A stretch of DNA of 64,000 bases from contig MU005994.1 of NCBI GenBank assembly GCA_010093745.1, positions 1 to 64,000 of the forward strand, in the 5' to 3' direction. The notes beneath the pieces were generated by a model. It saw only the letters and a list, made by a program, of their open reading frames with translations, did no database searches and had not been told where the DNA came from. Source of the stretch: Piedraia hortae CBS 480.64. Lineage: Eukaryota. Position 1 is the stretch's first letter. Every line of letters starts with the position of its first letter. Both the position numbers and the translations under genes were made by a program. Below are positions 10,146 to 22,142 of the stretch, piece by piece.

Positions 10146-12574
10146 ATGGCCGTCCTATCGACGCCCCAGTCGGACCGGCTGTCGCAGCTGATTGACGTCT
10201 TCTACGACCGTCTCTTGGTGTTGTGGAAACACATCGAAACAGGCCAAAAGCGTTGGTCCCGCCGATCCACCCGTCTAGCCGCTACCGTCGCATTAATCCT
10301 CACCGTCCTAAGCAGCAGCTATGGCGGCTATCGCATGTGGAACCACCAGAAAAGAACCCAAGCACTAGGCCGCAAACTCATCCGCCGCAACAGTGGCCTG
10401 CGCCGCAAAGATGGCTCGAGGACGATATTCGTCCCAGACCGTAATGCCACAACGGCAGTTACCATCCGTCCGACGAAGCAGAGTACGTTTGAGGCACATA
10501 GGCGTCTTTTCCTCGCCCCGCCAAGGTCAACGGGACTGGAATCGGGTGTGCCGCCGACAAATGTCCGTCCTGGACTGAATCTGGCGTTTTTGCATCAGTT
10601 TGGTGCGCTGGTTAATATCATGGTTCCTAGGTTGAGATGTAAGGAGACGGGGTTGCTCACCACACACGGGTTTTTCCTTCTGCTAAGGACATATCTCTCG
10701 TTGGTGGTTGCTAGACTCGATGGAGAGATTGTGCAGAGTCTGGTTGGGGGTCAAGGGAGACAGTTTCTGGTTGGGATATCGAAGTGGCTCGCTGTCGGGG
10801 CATTGGCAAGCTACACGAACAGCATGATTAAATTCCTGCAGGCGAAAATCAGTCTTGCGTTTAGAACGAGACTGACGAGGTACATCCATGACATCTACCT
10901 TGGCAACGAGTTGGCTTATTATAAACTACATAATCTGGATGGAGGAGCTGGTCAGGGAGCGGATCAGTACATTACCCAGGACTTGACTCTGTTCTGTGAC
11001 AGTGCTGCTGCACTGTACTCCTCTCTTGGGAAGCCACTCGTTGATCTTGTTACATTCAACTTCCAACTATACCGCTCCTTGGGTCCAATCGCCTTAACAG
11101 GTCTGCTTACAAACTACTTCGCGACGGCAACACTGCTCCGAAAGGTCAGCCCGCCATTCGGCAACATGCGGGCAGTCGAAGGACGGAAAGAGGGAGAATT
11201 CCGTGCTCTCCACTCCCGTCTAATCGCCAACGCAGAGGAAGTAGCCTTCTACAACGGCGGGCCAACGGAACACGTCCTCCTCGACCAAGGCTTCAAAGAA
11301 CTGAGCAAGTGGATGGAAGGGATCTACCGCATCAAAATCGGCTACAACATCCTCGAAGACTTTGTGCTGAAATACTCCTGGTCCGCATTCGGCTATCTCG
11401 TAACCTCCCTCCCCGTCTTCCTGCCCGCCCTAGGCGGCATGACTCCCAAACCATCCCGCGAAACATCCCCCACCGACGACAGCAGCGGGCGAATGAAGCA
11501 ATTCATAACCAACAAGCGGCTAATGCTCTCCCTCGCCGACGCGGGGGGTAGAATCATGTATTCCATCAAAGACCTCTCCGAGCTCGCAGGCTACACTTCG
11601 CAAATCTACACGTTGATCTCAACCCTCCACCGTGTGCACTCAAACGCCTACGCACCCCCGCGAAGCAGCCCTCCATCCCTCTACTCCCTCGCCGACGTAC
11701 AGGGGACGATCCACAAATCCTTCCCCGGCGTGCGGCTGGAGAGCGTCCCCATCGTCGCGCCCAGCCTATATCCCGACGGAGGGGAGGAGCTAATCCGTAA
11801 CCTAACCTTCACCATCCACGCAGGCGAGCATATGTTAATAACAGGCCCAAATGGGGCTGGGAAGAGCTCTCTGTCCCGAATCCTGGCTGGCCTGTGGCCG
11901 GTTTATAGGGGACTGGTTTCGAGACCGAGGGAGGGGGAGGTCATGTTCCTCCCTCAAAGACCGTATCTTTCACCGGGCACGCTGCGCGATCAGGTCATTT
12001 ATCCCCATACGGAGATGGAGATGAGGATGATGGAGAGGACGGAGGGGGAGCTGGAGAGGGTTTTGGAGGATGCGAAACTGGGATATCTCGTGCAGAGGGA
12101 GGGGGGATGGGATACTAGGAAGATGTGGAAGGATGTGTTATCGGGGGGCGAGAAGCAGAGGATGGCGATTGCGAGGGTGCTTTATCATCAACCCCAATTT
12201 GTAGTGATTGATGAGGGGACGTCGGCCGTGAGTGCGGATGTGGAGGGGCTGTTGTATGAGGCTGTGAAAGCTAGGGGGATAAGTGAGTACTGACTGCATG
12301 CATGGGGGGGGAGGGCTGAGGCTGATGGTTTTTTTTTTTTCTAGCGCTCCTTACGATTTCGACCCGCGCGTCGCTGAAACGGTACCATCTTTATTCGCTT
12401 ACGCTTGGGTTAGGGAGTGAGGCGCAGGAGTATCAGTTCATGCAGATCGGGACGAAGAGGGAGGTGGAGAGTACGGAAAGGGAAATTGCGGAGTTGAAGG
12501 AGAGGCTGGGGAAGGTAGATCAGTGGAAGGCTAGGAAGGAGGAGATTGAACGCGAGTTGGGAAGGGTCATGTAG
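10146..12574 (+). CDS. PXA1: Peroxisomal long-chain fatty acid ABC half-transporter (ABCD family); exons 10146-12282 and 12345-12574
   Basis: ABCD TMD with EAA-like NAEEVAFY, Walker [10 protein letters not shown], signature LSGGEKQR, Walker [11 protein letters not shown]. The GTGAGT...CTGAT...TAG intron restores [17 protein letters not shown]. Confidence 0.92.
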
Positions 12575-12581
12575 ATGTATG

Positions 12582-13619
12582 TCAAGCGAATCGGTCGTTT
12601 CGTGAGGTTTTCGCTTTTAGGTCCAGCAGGGTTTCGTTATATCTCCCCTCCCTCTTCGCGCGTTTGAGCGTGCGTATCTCCTCTTCCGTGAGAGCCCGCC
12701 CGGCATCGTTCTCCAATGAGAGCTTCGAAATGGGTGCTTTTCCCTCTTGGGGTTTGGATGTGGTTTGTTTGGTGGGGAGGAAACGCGTTTGCATTTTTAT
12801 TTTCAGAACCGTGAGGGGAGTGTTGTTGATGATTGGGGTCCCAAGCGGGTTGTTGAGAGAGAAGGAATTCCCTCTTGGGGTGTGGGAGGGACTAATGTCC
12901 TTGGAGGGGCACCCTTTCAGGAAGGATTCTCCCTTCGCTGAAGGGTCCTCTGAGGTGATTTTCCCGGTGGAGGACCTCTCCTCCCTACTCCCTCCCCCCT
13001 CCCTACCGTCTTCCCTCTCCTTAACGCTTCCTTCCACATTGAAAATCTCTCTCATCGAAACCGCCTCCCCCTCCGCCCTCAAGCCCCCAGGCGTAAGAGA
13101 AAGATACTTCCCCAAATGCGACTTAAAACTGAATCCACCTCCGGGGAGGCGTGTTGAGATCCATATTTGGGTTGTGGACCAGGGTTCTGTTTCCATTGAT
13201 GGTAAGGGGGAGAGGTACGTTTCTCCTAGGAGGTCGCTGTTTAGAGTGAATAGAGTCTGGGCGGTGAATGGGCTGGTTGATGTAGGATTCGCAGATGAGG
13301 ATTCTTCGGGTAGGGAGGGTGCCGTTTGAGGGTCATGAGTGGGGGGTTCGCTACGCTCGCTGTGCCCATTGCGCTTCATTGCCTCGCTGGGTTTCCCATG
13401 CTCACCGCCGCTGACTTCGTTTCGCTCGTCCCGACTCTCATTATCAACGCAAAAAACAAGCATAACAGGCCCTCTGATTTGTTCGACATTCGTTACGGTA
13501 ATCCAGCCCTCTTCTTCTTCCGGGACGGCATCCTCCGGAGGCGGCGGGATATCGTGCACGCGTTTACGCTTCTTGGCTGGCTTAGGGGCGGAGTTTTTGA
13601 AGGTAAGTGGTTTTACCAT
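12582..13619 (-). CDS. FRG1-like protein
   Basis: MVKPLTFK N-terminus with basic NLS, FSFKSHLGKYLS fascin-like motif, IKMQTRF, and C-terminal LKRAKREGRYNETLLDLK...DRFA. Confidence 0.8.
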   Translation of the reverse strand: MVKPLTFKNSAPKPAKKRKRVHDIPPPPEDAVPEEEEGWITVTNVEQIRGPVMLVFCVDNESRDERNEVSGGEHGKPSEAMKRNGHSERSEPPTHDPQTAPSLPEESSSANPTSTSPFTAQTLFTLNSDLLGETYLSPLPSMETEPWSTTQIWISTRLPGGGFSFKSHLGKYLSLTPGGLRAEGEAVSMREIFNVEGSVKEREDGREGGGSREERSSTGKITSEDPSAKGESFLKGCPSKDISPSHTPRGNSFSLNNPLGTPIINNTPLTVLKIKMQTRFLPTKQTTSKPQEGKAPISKLSLENDAGRALTEEEIRTLKRAKREGRYNETLLDLKAKTSRNDRFA

Positions 13620-13778
13620 TTTGATTGCTGAGTGCTATGTAGTTGGGAGAGGGAAGAAATTGAATGGACCGTGCGCTGTCTACATTTCCAGTGCCTATAT
13701 CACGTTGCACATTCGCTCATCTTCACCGGTAGTGATTGATACAAAGGAGGGATAACCTAGGGTACAAGGACGTCTAGA

Positions 13779-14819
13779 CTAAAATTTGAACACCTGTTCC
13801 TGCGTGTATCCCAACTCCTTCAGATACCCGCTAAGCTCGCCCTGGTCAGCAGGCGACTTCTTCATCCCGGAAATAGCCTTGTACATGCCGGGGGGCCCGC
13901 AAACAAAAATCTTAACATTACCCTGTTTCGGATCGGGAAGGACCGTCTTCAGGACATCCTTATCAACCCGTCCCTTGCCCATTTTCCACCCCTCGGGAGG
14001 CTGCTCCAAGAGATAAAAAGCGCGGAATCGCTGGGGAAAATCCTGCTCCAGTTTCTCCCATTCGCGCTTCAGCAGGACATCGTTCTCCGAGACGTTGGCA
14101 AAGACGAGGGTTACTTTAGTCTTGTCTTCGGGGTTCTTGAAAATGGCCCGCGCGAGCTGGTACATGGGTGTGATTCCCGTTCCGCCCGCGACGAGAGCAA
14201 TGTGATCGTGCTTGTTGGGCGTCCAGGGATACTTGGGCAAAGGACCTTTGAATTCCATCTGCTGGCCGGGTTCCATGTTGTGAAAATGCTCAGACATGGG
14301 GCCATTGGGGTAACGTTTGATGATAAAGTCCATGTGGCCGGGTGAGTCCTCGTCGCTGACTGGCGTGTAGGGTCTCAGGACGGGTTTCTCCATCTCAGGA
14401 CCCTTGTACTTGGTCAGGATGGCGCTCGTCACTGGGAGTCCAGAAACCGAGTCCTCCGTCGGCAGCTTGAAGCTGAATTTCTTCGTGTTATGGTTGATTT
14501 CCTCCACGTCCTTGAGGACGAGGCTGACGAAGCCCTGGTCGCCGCCGGTGAATGTCTTGGGGCCAGTGCCGGCTACAGTTGTGGCCGGGGTCGAGGTCTT
14601 TGCCGCGATCTTGTCGCCGCCGCCGCCGTACATGGCATACGTCCCAGCGCCGAGAATAGCCAGTCCGGCGCCGGCCCAGAGCATGTTGTTGCTGCGTCCC
14701 TGCGGTTCAGTGGCATATCTGCGCACCTGCTGTGATGTGTTAGCTATCGATTCGGGATTTGTAGTCCAACTTACGCCTGTCAGCTGCCGCGCCGGCCGAA
14801 TCGCTTTACCCGCAAACAT
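13779..14819 (-). CDS. MCR1: Mitochondrial NADH-cytochrome b5 reductase 2; in-frame intron ~14730-14774
   Basis: [35 protein letters not shown], and an N-terminal presequence plus TM helix. GTAAGT...GCTAAC...CAG 45-nt intron. Confidence 0.93.
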   Translation of the reverse strand: MFAGKAIRPARQLTGVSWTTNPESIANTSQQVRRYATEPQGRSNNMLWAGAGLAILGAGTYAMYGGGGDKIAAKTSTPATTVAGTGPKTFTGGDQGFVSLVLKDVEEINHNTKKFSFKLPTEDSVSGLPVTSAILTKYKGPEMEKPVLRPYTPVSDEDSPGHMDFIIKRYPNGPMSEHFHNMEPGQQMEFKGPLPKYPWTPNKHDHIALVAGGTGITPMYQLARAIFKNPEDKTKVTLVFANVSENDVLLKREWEKLEQDFPQRFRAFYLLEQPPEGWKMGKGRVDKDVLKTVLPDPKQGNVKIFVCGPPGMYKAISGMKKSPADQGELSGYLKELGYTQEQVFKF

Positions 14820-14909
14820 GTTTGTCTGTCAACTGTTCCAGCCTGACGGAAAGTCCGCAATGACGTGAAAGTGCTAGTCCGGAAATGGTTAGCCTGGGAG
14901 GAGCTTGGC

Positions 14910-15200
14910 GTTGGTACATCTTTGGAGCGTTGAGGTACGACTTTCAACGTTTAGAAGCTGAAAAACGGGAGATCAACAAATGGTACAATGTCAGGAGAAA
15001 TATCCATGTGAAGACATATCAAAGTACGACTTTCCAAGCAAAACTTGATTAAAGTACGATTTTTCATGGTGAAATACACAATTTCTTAGAGGAAGCCATG
15101 TCAAAGTACAACTTTCGAACAATTACGGGGCCAAAGTACAACTTTCAAAAGATTACGAACTCAAAGTACGATTTTTAAAAACGGAATTCAACTTTCAATG
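14910..15200. repeat. AT-rich ~30-bp-period array with palindromic core AAAGT-ACR-AYTTT
   Basis: Core at 15021, 15051, 15103, 15133 and 15163 (exact 30-bp steps within each run), with degenerate copies near 14933 and 15186. Confidence 0.8.
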
Positions 15201-15224
15201 GTCCTACGGAGGATGGAAAACGAC

Positions 15225-15296
15225 TTGTTTTTCTTTTTTTTTCATTTTACGTCTATCAGGTCATAGCTCCTAAAGGGCGTTAGACGGCGCGGGGCC
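15225..15296 (-). mobile_element. 5'-truncated non-LTR (Tad1/LINE-like) 3' end with A-rich tail
   Basis: Minus strand reads ...TTAGGAGCTATGACC-TGATAGACGTAAAATG-AAAAAAAAAGAAAAACAA and matches a second copy at 58370-58450. GACGTAAAATGAA plus a simple-repeat tail resembles fungal LINE 3' termini. Confidence 0.6.
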
Positions 15297-15309
15297 GACT
15301 CTTTCCCTC

Positions 15310-15465
15310 TACATCGTTCTTAAACCCGAATCTTTCACAACATTACATTTGTCTCCAGCTAAGTTACATGTTAGAGGACTGAATACACCCTTTTTAACCC
15401 GAATCTTCCACTCCATTACACATAATTGAGCTGAATTATAGCACGTCAGCATATGGTACGCATTC
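15310..15465. repeat. Two degenerate ~73-bp tandem units, same family as the 58473-58885 array
   Basis: AACCCGAATCTT..CA...CATTACA at 15323 and 15396. The motifs (t)aattgagctgaatta and ggtacgc match the 58.5-kb units. Confidence 0.6.
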
Positions 15466-15504
15466 AGCTAGGCGGCACACATTTTCGCTCGACAGTCTCC
15501 ATGC

Positions 15505-16933
15505 TCAACGGACATCAAACCATAAACACCTCTCCAAACCCACCCTCAGCAATCCTTCTAGACTCAACAATAAAGCACATCCACCCCCCCCCTCCCATCC
15601 CCCACTCCCCTTGGCCGCATACCCGGTCACATTCCCCTGACTCTCCTGATAAAAAACCCACCTCACCTTCTCCCCGTTCGTCGTTACAACCTCCGCACCA
15701 TCCAACCTCGTGCCCTCCCTCGCCTTCTTCCCCACAAGCACCGGCTCCCCCACGGCCATCGTCCCATTACATTTATCTGCCTGCTCAATCTCCCTAACCG
15801 TAACCATATCATCCTCATTCTGCGCAAAAAAATCCTTCCCATCATTCCCCACCCAAGTCTCATTTTCTCCCAACTTCAAACTATACGTACACAAACCCCA
15901 CCACTCCGCGTCGAAGCTCATATCCTTTGACCAAAATTCCACGGCTTGGTCCTGTTTATAAACCATAAATTGCGCGCGCGAGGTTGAGGGATGTGTATAG
16001 CATCCCACCCCCGCTTCGGCGTTTTCGCCGGGCCAGTCGGTCTGGTAGACCCACACGCCGGCTTTGTACATGTATGAGGTTAGGGTCGTGGTGTTTGTGG
16101 CGTAGAAGAGGAGAATGCCGTCGGTGTTGGGGGTTGGGTTTGATGTGTTGGTGGAGTAATAGAAGTGACAGGCTAGCATGGCGGCTTTTTTGGCGGCGCT
16201 GCCATCTGGGGGCTTGTCAGGGTTGATGTGTGTGTTGGAGACGATGGTGTTGTCTTTTAGGTTCAGATGCGTGGCGTAGGAGTTTGTGTCGAAGTCTATT
16301 AAAGGTTACGGGGTAAAGTGTGTGGGTTTTGAGGGCTTACAGAAGAGGTTCCAGCTTGTGATGTTGTCGTGCGTGATGGACATTGCTCGGAGGGGTGTGC
16401 CGAGCTTGGCGGGCAGGTTGAGGGTAATTTCTGAATCTTGCCATGAGCCGTTGGAGAGAAGTTGGTGTCTACGAAGAGAGCCTTGAGGGTCTTGGTAGAA
16501 TAGGTTCGCGATGCCTTTTGCTTCTGTTGGGGTGGACTTTTGAAGAGAGGAAGCAAATGCTATGCCTGACCCGCTGAGGACGCCTGGGACGTAGGGCGAT
16601 TTGGGGTTCGGTTTGCAATCAAGTGATCCTGTGACTCGATCTGCTGTTGTGGGAGTACTGGATGCTGATGTTGATGATGTTGTCTGGGCAGGTAGCACTG
16701 CCGTCGGTTTATGAGGTTTGTTTCTGTACGCAACTCCGACACCCAAGCCGACGCTGAGTCCAATCAACGATAAAGAGTAACATGACGATCAGTAGTGTTA
16801 GACATGTCTTTGAGACACCGCAGCTTCTATCTGTGTGTTTTCTTGGTCGTGTCAATTTTGACTCGGAGTCATAAAGGGTGGTGCTATCCTCCCGTGGAGA
16901 AAACTCGCGAACAGAAACTGATGCTTTCTTCAC
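15505..16933 (-). pseudogene. Single-pass membrane protein with fungal fucose-lectin-like beta-propeller ectodomain; frameshifted
   Basis: The TM segment is split across two frames near 16768 (LLIVMLLFIV / IGLSVGLGVGV). It is followed by an S/T stalk and NLFYQDPQGSLR, GTPL and WVFYQESQGNV blade motifs. GTAAGC...TAG intron near 16297-16341. Could be an intact gene with a sequencing error. Confidence 0.55.
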
Positions 16934-17682
16934 TGGAATCAGCCCAGGGGTGCTGTCTCCTTCGATGTACAGCCAGCCATATATCGAGTTCTCTCGGTGA
17001 ATGCAGTGTTGAGGAGCGGAATTTCTTCAATTGTTAGCCAATAATACGACATCTGATTTGCATCAGACCTACTGGTGCTCGATGCATTGATTGAGAGGGG
17101 TCATTTTGGAGTGTTTTTGGAAGTTGACAGACGGCTCTCAAGTCCATATTCCTTATCCCCTCATATACTTCAGCCTCATCCTGGGACCTTCTGGCCGAGA
17201 AGTTGAGTGTAGATGGAGTAAGATTAAGGCTGAGACTGGTTTGCTTTGGTGTAGACTGGTCTCAACTGGTCGACCTGAACAATCGACGTACGCCACCCGG
17301 CAGCCTTGCTGGAGTGTTCCATTGGACCAATGAGGAAATCCGTCTTGTGGCTATCAATTGCCGAAGCAGGCACATGCGACCATATACTAAATCAGTGCAG
17401 TCATTTAATTGGGTGGCTCAGCATCGCTGTTGTAGACATCATCTAATGGCCGCATCGATATGCAACTCGGATGTACTCTCCGAGTAGAGGATCATTGAAC
17501 AAACTATATCCTCGACAATGCTACAGTCCCGTCCTTGATTGATGGCAGTACAAGGGTCACCCAAATATACAAGTCCCTACCTAAGCTGACGTGTACACCT
17601 TGACCCACAGTCTGTGGGTCTAAGATGCATGAGTTGTAGCCCACAGATTATACAGTCCAACTTGAATCCTTCATTTAGAAAA

Positions 17683-18293
17683 ATGTCCTTACCCGAGCCC
17701 TTCCTGTTCTCCTCATCTCAACACTCCTCCCTAATCTCGCAAATCGTATCTATCCATTCAGAATGCATCATCCACGACCTCCAAGCCGTGACCTTTCTCC
17801 CCGACAAAAACGGCAACATTGACGCCGGAAAGATGGAAAACTACTGGCATGGACTCGGTCGGGAAGTGGCCCAGGGCACGCGGCTGGTCATTGTTCAATG
17901 CACAGATGAGAAAAACGACGAGGTTATGGGGATAGTGAGCCTGAACATGCCCGTCATGGAATGCGGCCCTTTTCGAGGCTATGTAGAGAAGTTGCTCGTG
18001 GCGGTAAAGCATAGGCAAAAGGGAGTTGGGAGACGATTGATGGAGAGACTGGAAGTTGAAGCAAAGGAGAGGGGAAAGTGGTTGCTGGTTTGTGTAGCAG
18101 GGCTGTAGGGAGAGAATTGTGCTGACCTTTGAGACAGATTCTAGACACAGTTGTCGGCCCAGCTGCTGAGAAGGTGTATAGAAGGCTGGAATATATTGAG
18201 TGGGGTCTGTTGCCGAATTTTAGCATCAATCCGAGGGATGGGACACTGATGGATGAGAGGTGGTTTTATAAGGATCTGCGAAATGATAAGTAG
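17683..18293 (+). CDS. GNAT-family N-acetyltransferase; exons 17683-18087 and 18138-18293
   Basis: Motif A VEKLLVAVKHRQKGVGRRLM. The GTTTGT...GCTGAC...CAG intron joins WLL|ILDT..AEKVYRRLEY..WFYKDL. Confidence 0.88.
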
Positions 18294-18439
18294 TAGATTG
18301 GGACTGCAGTCACGCCATGATCCCCGGCTGGGTATCGCATGAACAATTTATCAGCACTGGGAAACACCCCACCATGAAAGAGAGTCTCATCAATAGAAAA
18401 AGAGCCCTTCTAATCGCATTTGGTTGAGCCCCGGAGACA

Positions 18440-19451
18440 CCCGCTAAGACAACCCCTGGCCCGACCTCGCGTTGCACCGCTACCCCCTCTTCCTCGTCCC
18501 CGGCCACGGCCACTGCCCCGCGCCCTCGTGCTTCCATATCGCCGGTCAATGTGACCACCAGTAACCCCTCTCGAGGATGGAGTCAGGTCTGGCTGGGGCT
18601 ACTCTTGATCCCGTGGTGGCGGCGTCCCGGGTGACCTGGGCTAGCAGCTCCGCGCCTTCCTCGTCTAGCGAGAATTCTCGTCTCGTCGACGTACCAGCTG
18701 AGTGCTCAGTCGGCATGGGAGCAACACCCCGAGGCCCCCGTCTCCATCCCGGCAGTGCATGTGGATCATTTTTGGCACGTCTTTCTCTAGCGACCTCAGA
18801 CTGCGGCTATCATTTCACTGTGTTAGCTGCTGGCCTAGCGAGACCAAGTCGACTTGCCATCATGTCAGCATCCAGATGCCAGTGGCGGTCTATGGAGTCC
18901 ATGGACAAGGCGGCTTCTTGATTGTTCCGCGCAGATTCCTCCAGGATTCCCATGATCTCGTGGCGGCCTGGTAAATCCCATTGCGTGCGGAAACGGTTCG
19001 TGCACTGGATCCTTCTGCTTTCTCCTTGGGCCTGTATTGCTTGGAGCTCTTGCAGAGCCAGCTTGAACTGGTCATACACCGGTTTCATTGGACGTCATAC
19101 CATCGCTCGTGAGATTGGCTTGAGAAACGGGATGTTTTCGATGGCGCCATAGGCCCGGCGGTATTCATGTCCACACTTTTGGCGGAATTTCGTTTCGCCA
19201 ACCTTCACTACCCTGACCACAGCTTCATGAAGCTTAAGCAGATCTCCGAGACGGTTGACAATGTACCTCTTCTGAGGTGTGCATACTCTCCATACGGCCA
19301 GTAATATATACCGGAGTTGCGGTATGTCAATGTTGCAAACCGCGCCAAGTGGTTCCTCCATGGGATGTATTGGTTCGCCAGCGATCTCAGCATGCCTATC
19401 GATTGCCAGGCTGAGTGAACGGATGTCGATATTTGTGGTTTTGCTTACCAT
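18440..19451 (-). mobile_element. Decayed Mutator-like (MULE) transposase, C-terminal half
   Basis: Frameshifted or stopped pieces: QYIPWRNHLARF, KRYIVNRLGDLLKLHEA, CTNRFRTQWDLPGRHEI...LSMDSIDRHWHL (degenerate SWIM-like CxxxF..GLPCxH...IHxHW) and STRREFSL. Confidence 0.7.
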
Positions 19452-20529
19452 CTTGTTCTGGGAATGTCGACTTCATCAGTTCCCATTTCGCCCAAAATTC
19501 AACCTCGCTAAGCCAAATGTGGTTAGAAGGACTCTAATTCTATTAATATGGGTCTTTTTTTATCTTGGTGGGGCGGAAAGCTGTTCCTCTGAGAATGTTG
19601 ATGCCACGCTAAACCAAACAGACTAGTTCTGGTCGGAACCTCGACAACGACGAGTGCTGGCAGAGCGTGTAGCCCATATTTCACGAGGCATCCCAAACAT
19701 GGAGATCATCACCATGTCCGCCCATTCGTCTGCTCGAAGGATTTCAAGCGAGAAATGGACCATGGGGTTTGTCTTTGACGTGCATCAAAGCCCTTGAACC
19801 AACCACGTGGAAGCAAGTCGGTCAAAACGATAAAACTGTGGAAGAGCACAGACCTCAAGTTCATCGGCACAAGTGTGCCGATGATCTGGTCATTCAAATC
19901 GTAGTTTCCCCACTGAAATGAAGTTGTCAGAGAAACCCGATCAGGTGTTTACAAAGAACAACAAAGTCGTCTCAATTGAGATGGACGGCACGTGGATAGC
20001 CCTATAGACTGAGCAATTTTCATTCGGCTACTGAAGCATACTGTGCAAATCCTCTGCTCTGCTCTACGCATCTTCGGTGAATACAAACTGCTAACGATAC
20101 CTTCATCTCATTCCTCGCAGTATCCCCTCACTGCTAGGCGATCCCGCCATCCCAACCCTCACAGTTATCCCTCACATGCTAACTGCTCTCATAGTCCTTT
20201 CCAGAAAGCCGTCTTGAACACACTTCCCTCGAATTACTGACCGGATTACAGACTGTGAACAGGAAAGCTTTCAAAGGACACAGTCATTGACAAGGCCCTT
20301 CTAAACTTCCTTATAATCCCCCCTTCAGTAAAATCAGCATTTGCTCAATTGCAGGCCTCTTGTCCAGCCAGTGATGGCAGCACGTTCACAGACGCAAAAG
20401 ATGTTCATCGTAAGTACACATAGCAGTGCACACCGAACGTATAAAATGTCTAGGGCTGCGGCAAAGATACAAACACAGTCAAGGGCTCTTCCAAGACTGT
20501 ATCGACTTCATTCGACGACTGCTTCGCTA

Positions 20530-22142
20530 TTTGCGATAGCTCCTCTACCTGCACACCCTTCACCTACGTCAGCGGAACGAACAGTGTCGGCTTGCTATCT
20601 TGCCACCGAAACCCAGGTATCCTTCCAAACAACCACACCCATGTCCGTCAGCGCCATTAAAGTGGTAAACCTCGTCCCTCTACCATATCAATGTCCCGCT
20701 TCGGATGGCAAGTTGATCCCCGACAGCACCGGAGCGCAGTACTTGGCTGGCTGTGGCTCATATGCCAGTGGTTTCATATATGTCACTCAGAACGTCAACT
20801 ACAATTGAAATGAGTGCTTCGCTTTTTGTTCGAATGGCAGTTTCCCAACGAAACTGGGCTCGGGAAGATGCTCAGGATTCACCTATGTTGGGAATCTGAA
20901 CGGCGAAGCTGGTGGTGTGTGCAACTTTGTGACCGATGCCAAGGATTACTTCTGCGGTGAGGCGGCGTACCGTCGAACACTGGTTTGTCAGCAACTGGCA
21001 CTGCTGGGCCAAGTGCGAGTGCATCGTTCGGCACCATATCTCAAACCGGGACTCCGGACACTAGCTTGACTGGCTCTAGGCCCTCATAAGCGTCGGCGTC
21101 GGCGGCTTCCATGGGCTCATTACCAGGTCCGAGCGCTATCGGCTCGGCGCCCGCTTCATTCGGTGCTTCTGGTTCAACCCAAACAGGTCCTGTATCGTCG
21201 AGCACTGTTTCTTCCGGGGCGTCTTTCGCTGCCTCGAGTGTATCCGCGCCATCTGGCACGATATTCCAGACTGGCACTTCAGCCACTGGCTTGACCAGAT
21301 CTGCAATGCCTCCACATCGGTAATTTTCAAGGGCTCTTCGACTGGGCCTGCTCAAGACGGTATCTCGTCAAACACAGCCCTTTCAGGATCTCTTGCTGCT
21401 GGGTCGAGTGCAACTGCAACCATAACGTCATCACAGGCTCTCTCTGGCTCTGAATCCCTAGCGGAAAGCACTGACACTGCCCTAACTGGTTCTTCAGCCA
21501 GCGAAGGCTCATTTGGGTCAACAATGACTCCCAATTCAGTTGCCACCCTCTCTGGAACCATTTCAGGCATGACAGCAGGGCCAGCGTCGCAGGCAAGCAT
21601 TACATCAATGTTCAGCCCTGAGTCACTATCCTCGCAAGCTATGACGGCTACCGGCACAACCTCCATCAGAACATTCTCATCGGCATCTGCCTCAGTCAGC
21701 ACCGCTGGTTCTGCTACACAGTCAGCCCCCACGGGCTCTGGATCTCTGCTAACGCAGATTACTAATGGCTTGCTAACTGTGACTGACACAGTCACCAGGG
21801 GCTCACCAACCTCGTTGACATTGTCTACTAACCAAACCCCAGTGCTATCCTCTAATATGCTCATCCAGTCGTCGGGTGACAGTGCGCATTGAAATATCTT
21901 CCTCGCCATCGACATCCTCGTCTGGTATCTCAGCAACCCCTTCAACGACCTCGTCAACGACTCCCTCGACAACCCCTTCAACTACGCCATCACGAACAGC
22001 AAAAAACCTCCTCACACTCACACGCCCCACCTCAGAATCAACACTCACCACAACACCTTCCTCATCACAAACACCAGCAGTAATAACAATTTACCAATAC
22101 CCAGAAAGCTGCACGCGCGCACACAAAAACAGTCTACACTAA
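20530..22142 (+). pseudogene. Disrupted Ser/Thr-rich secreted or cell-wall (mucin-like) protein with a Cys-rich PAN/apple-like module
   Basis: YQCPASDGKLIPDSTGAQYLAGCG..NYN*NECFAFCS..CSGFTYVG..GVCNF, then long S/T/A/G-rich tracts broken by several stops and frameshifts. Confidence 0.6.

Noticed and set aside
14910..15200. CRISPR array
   Set aside because: Eukaryotic context and no cas genes. Repeats are only ~13 bp and degenerate; spacers are ~17 bp and partly similar to each other.
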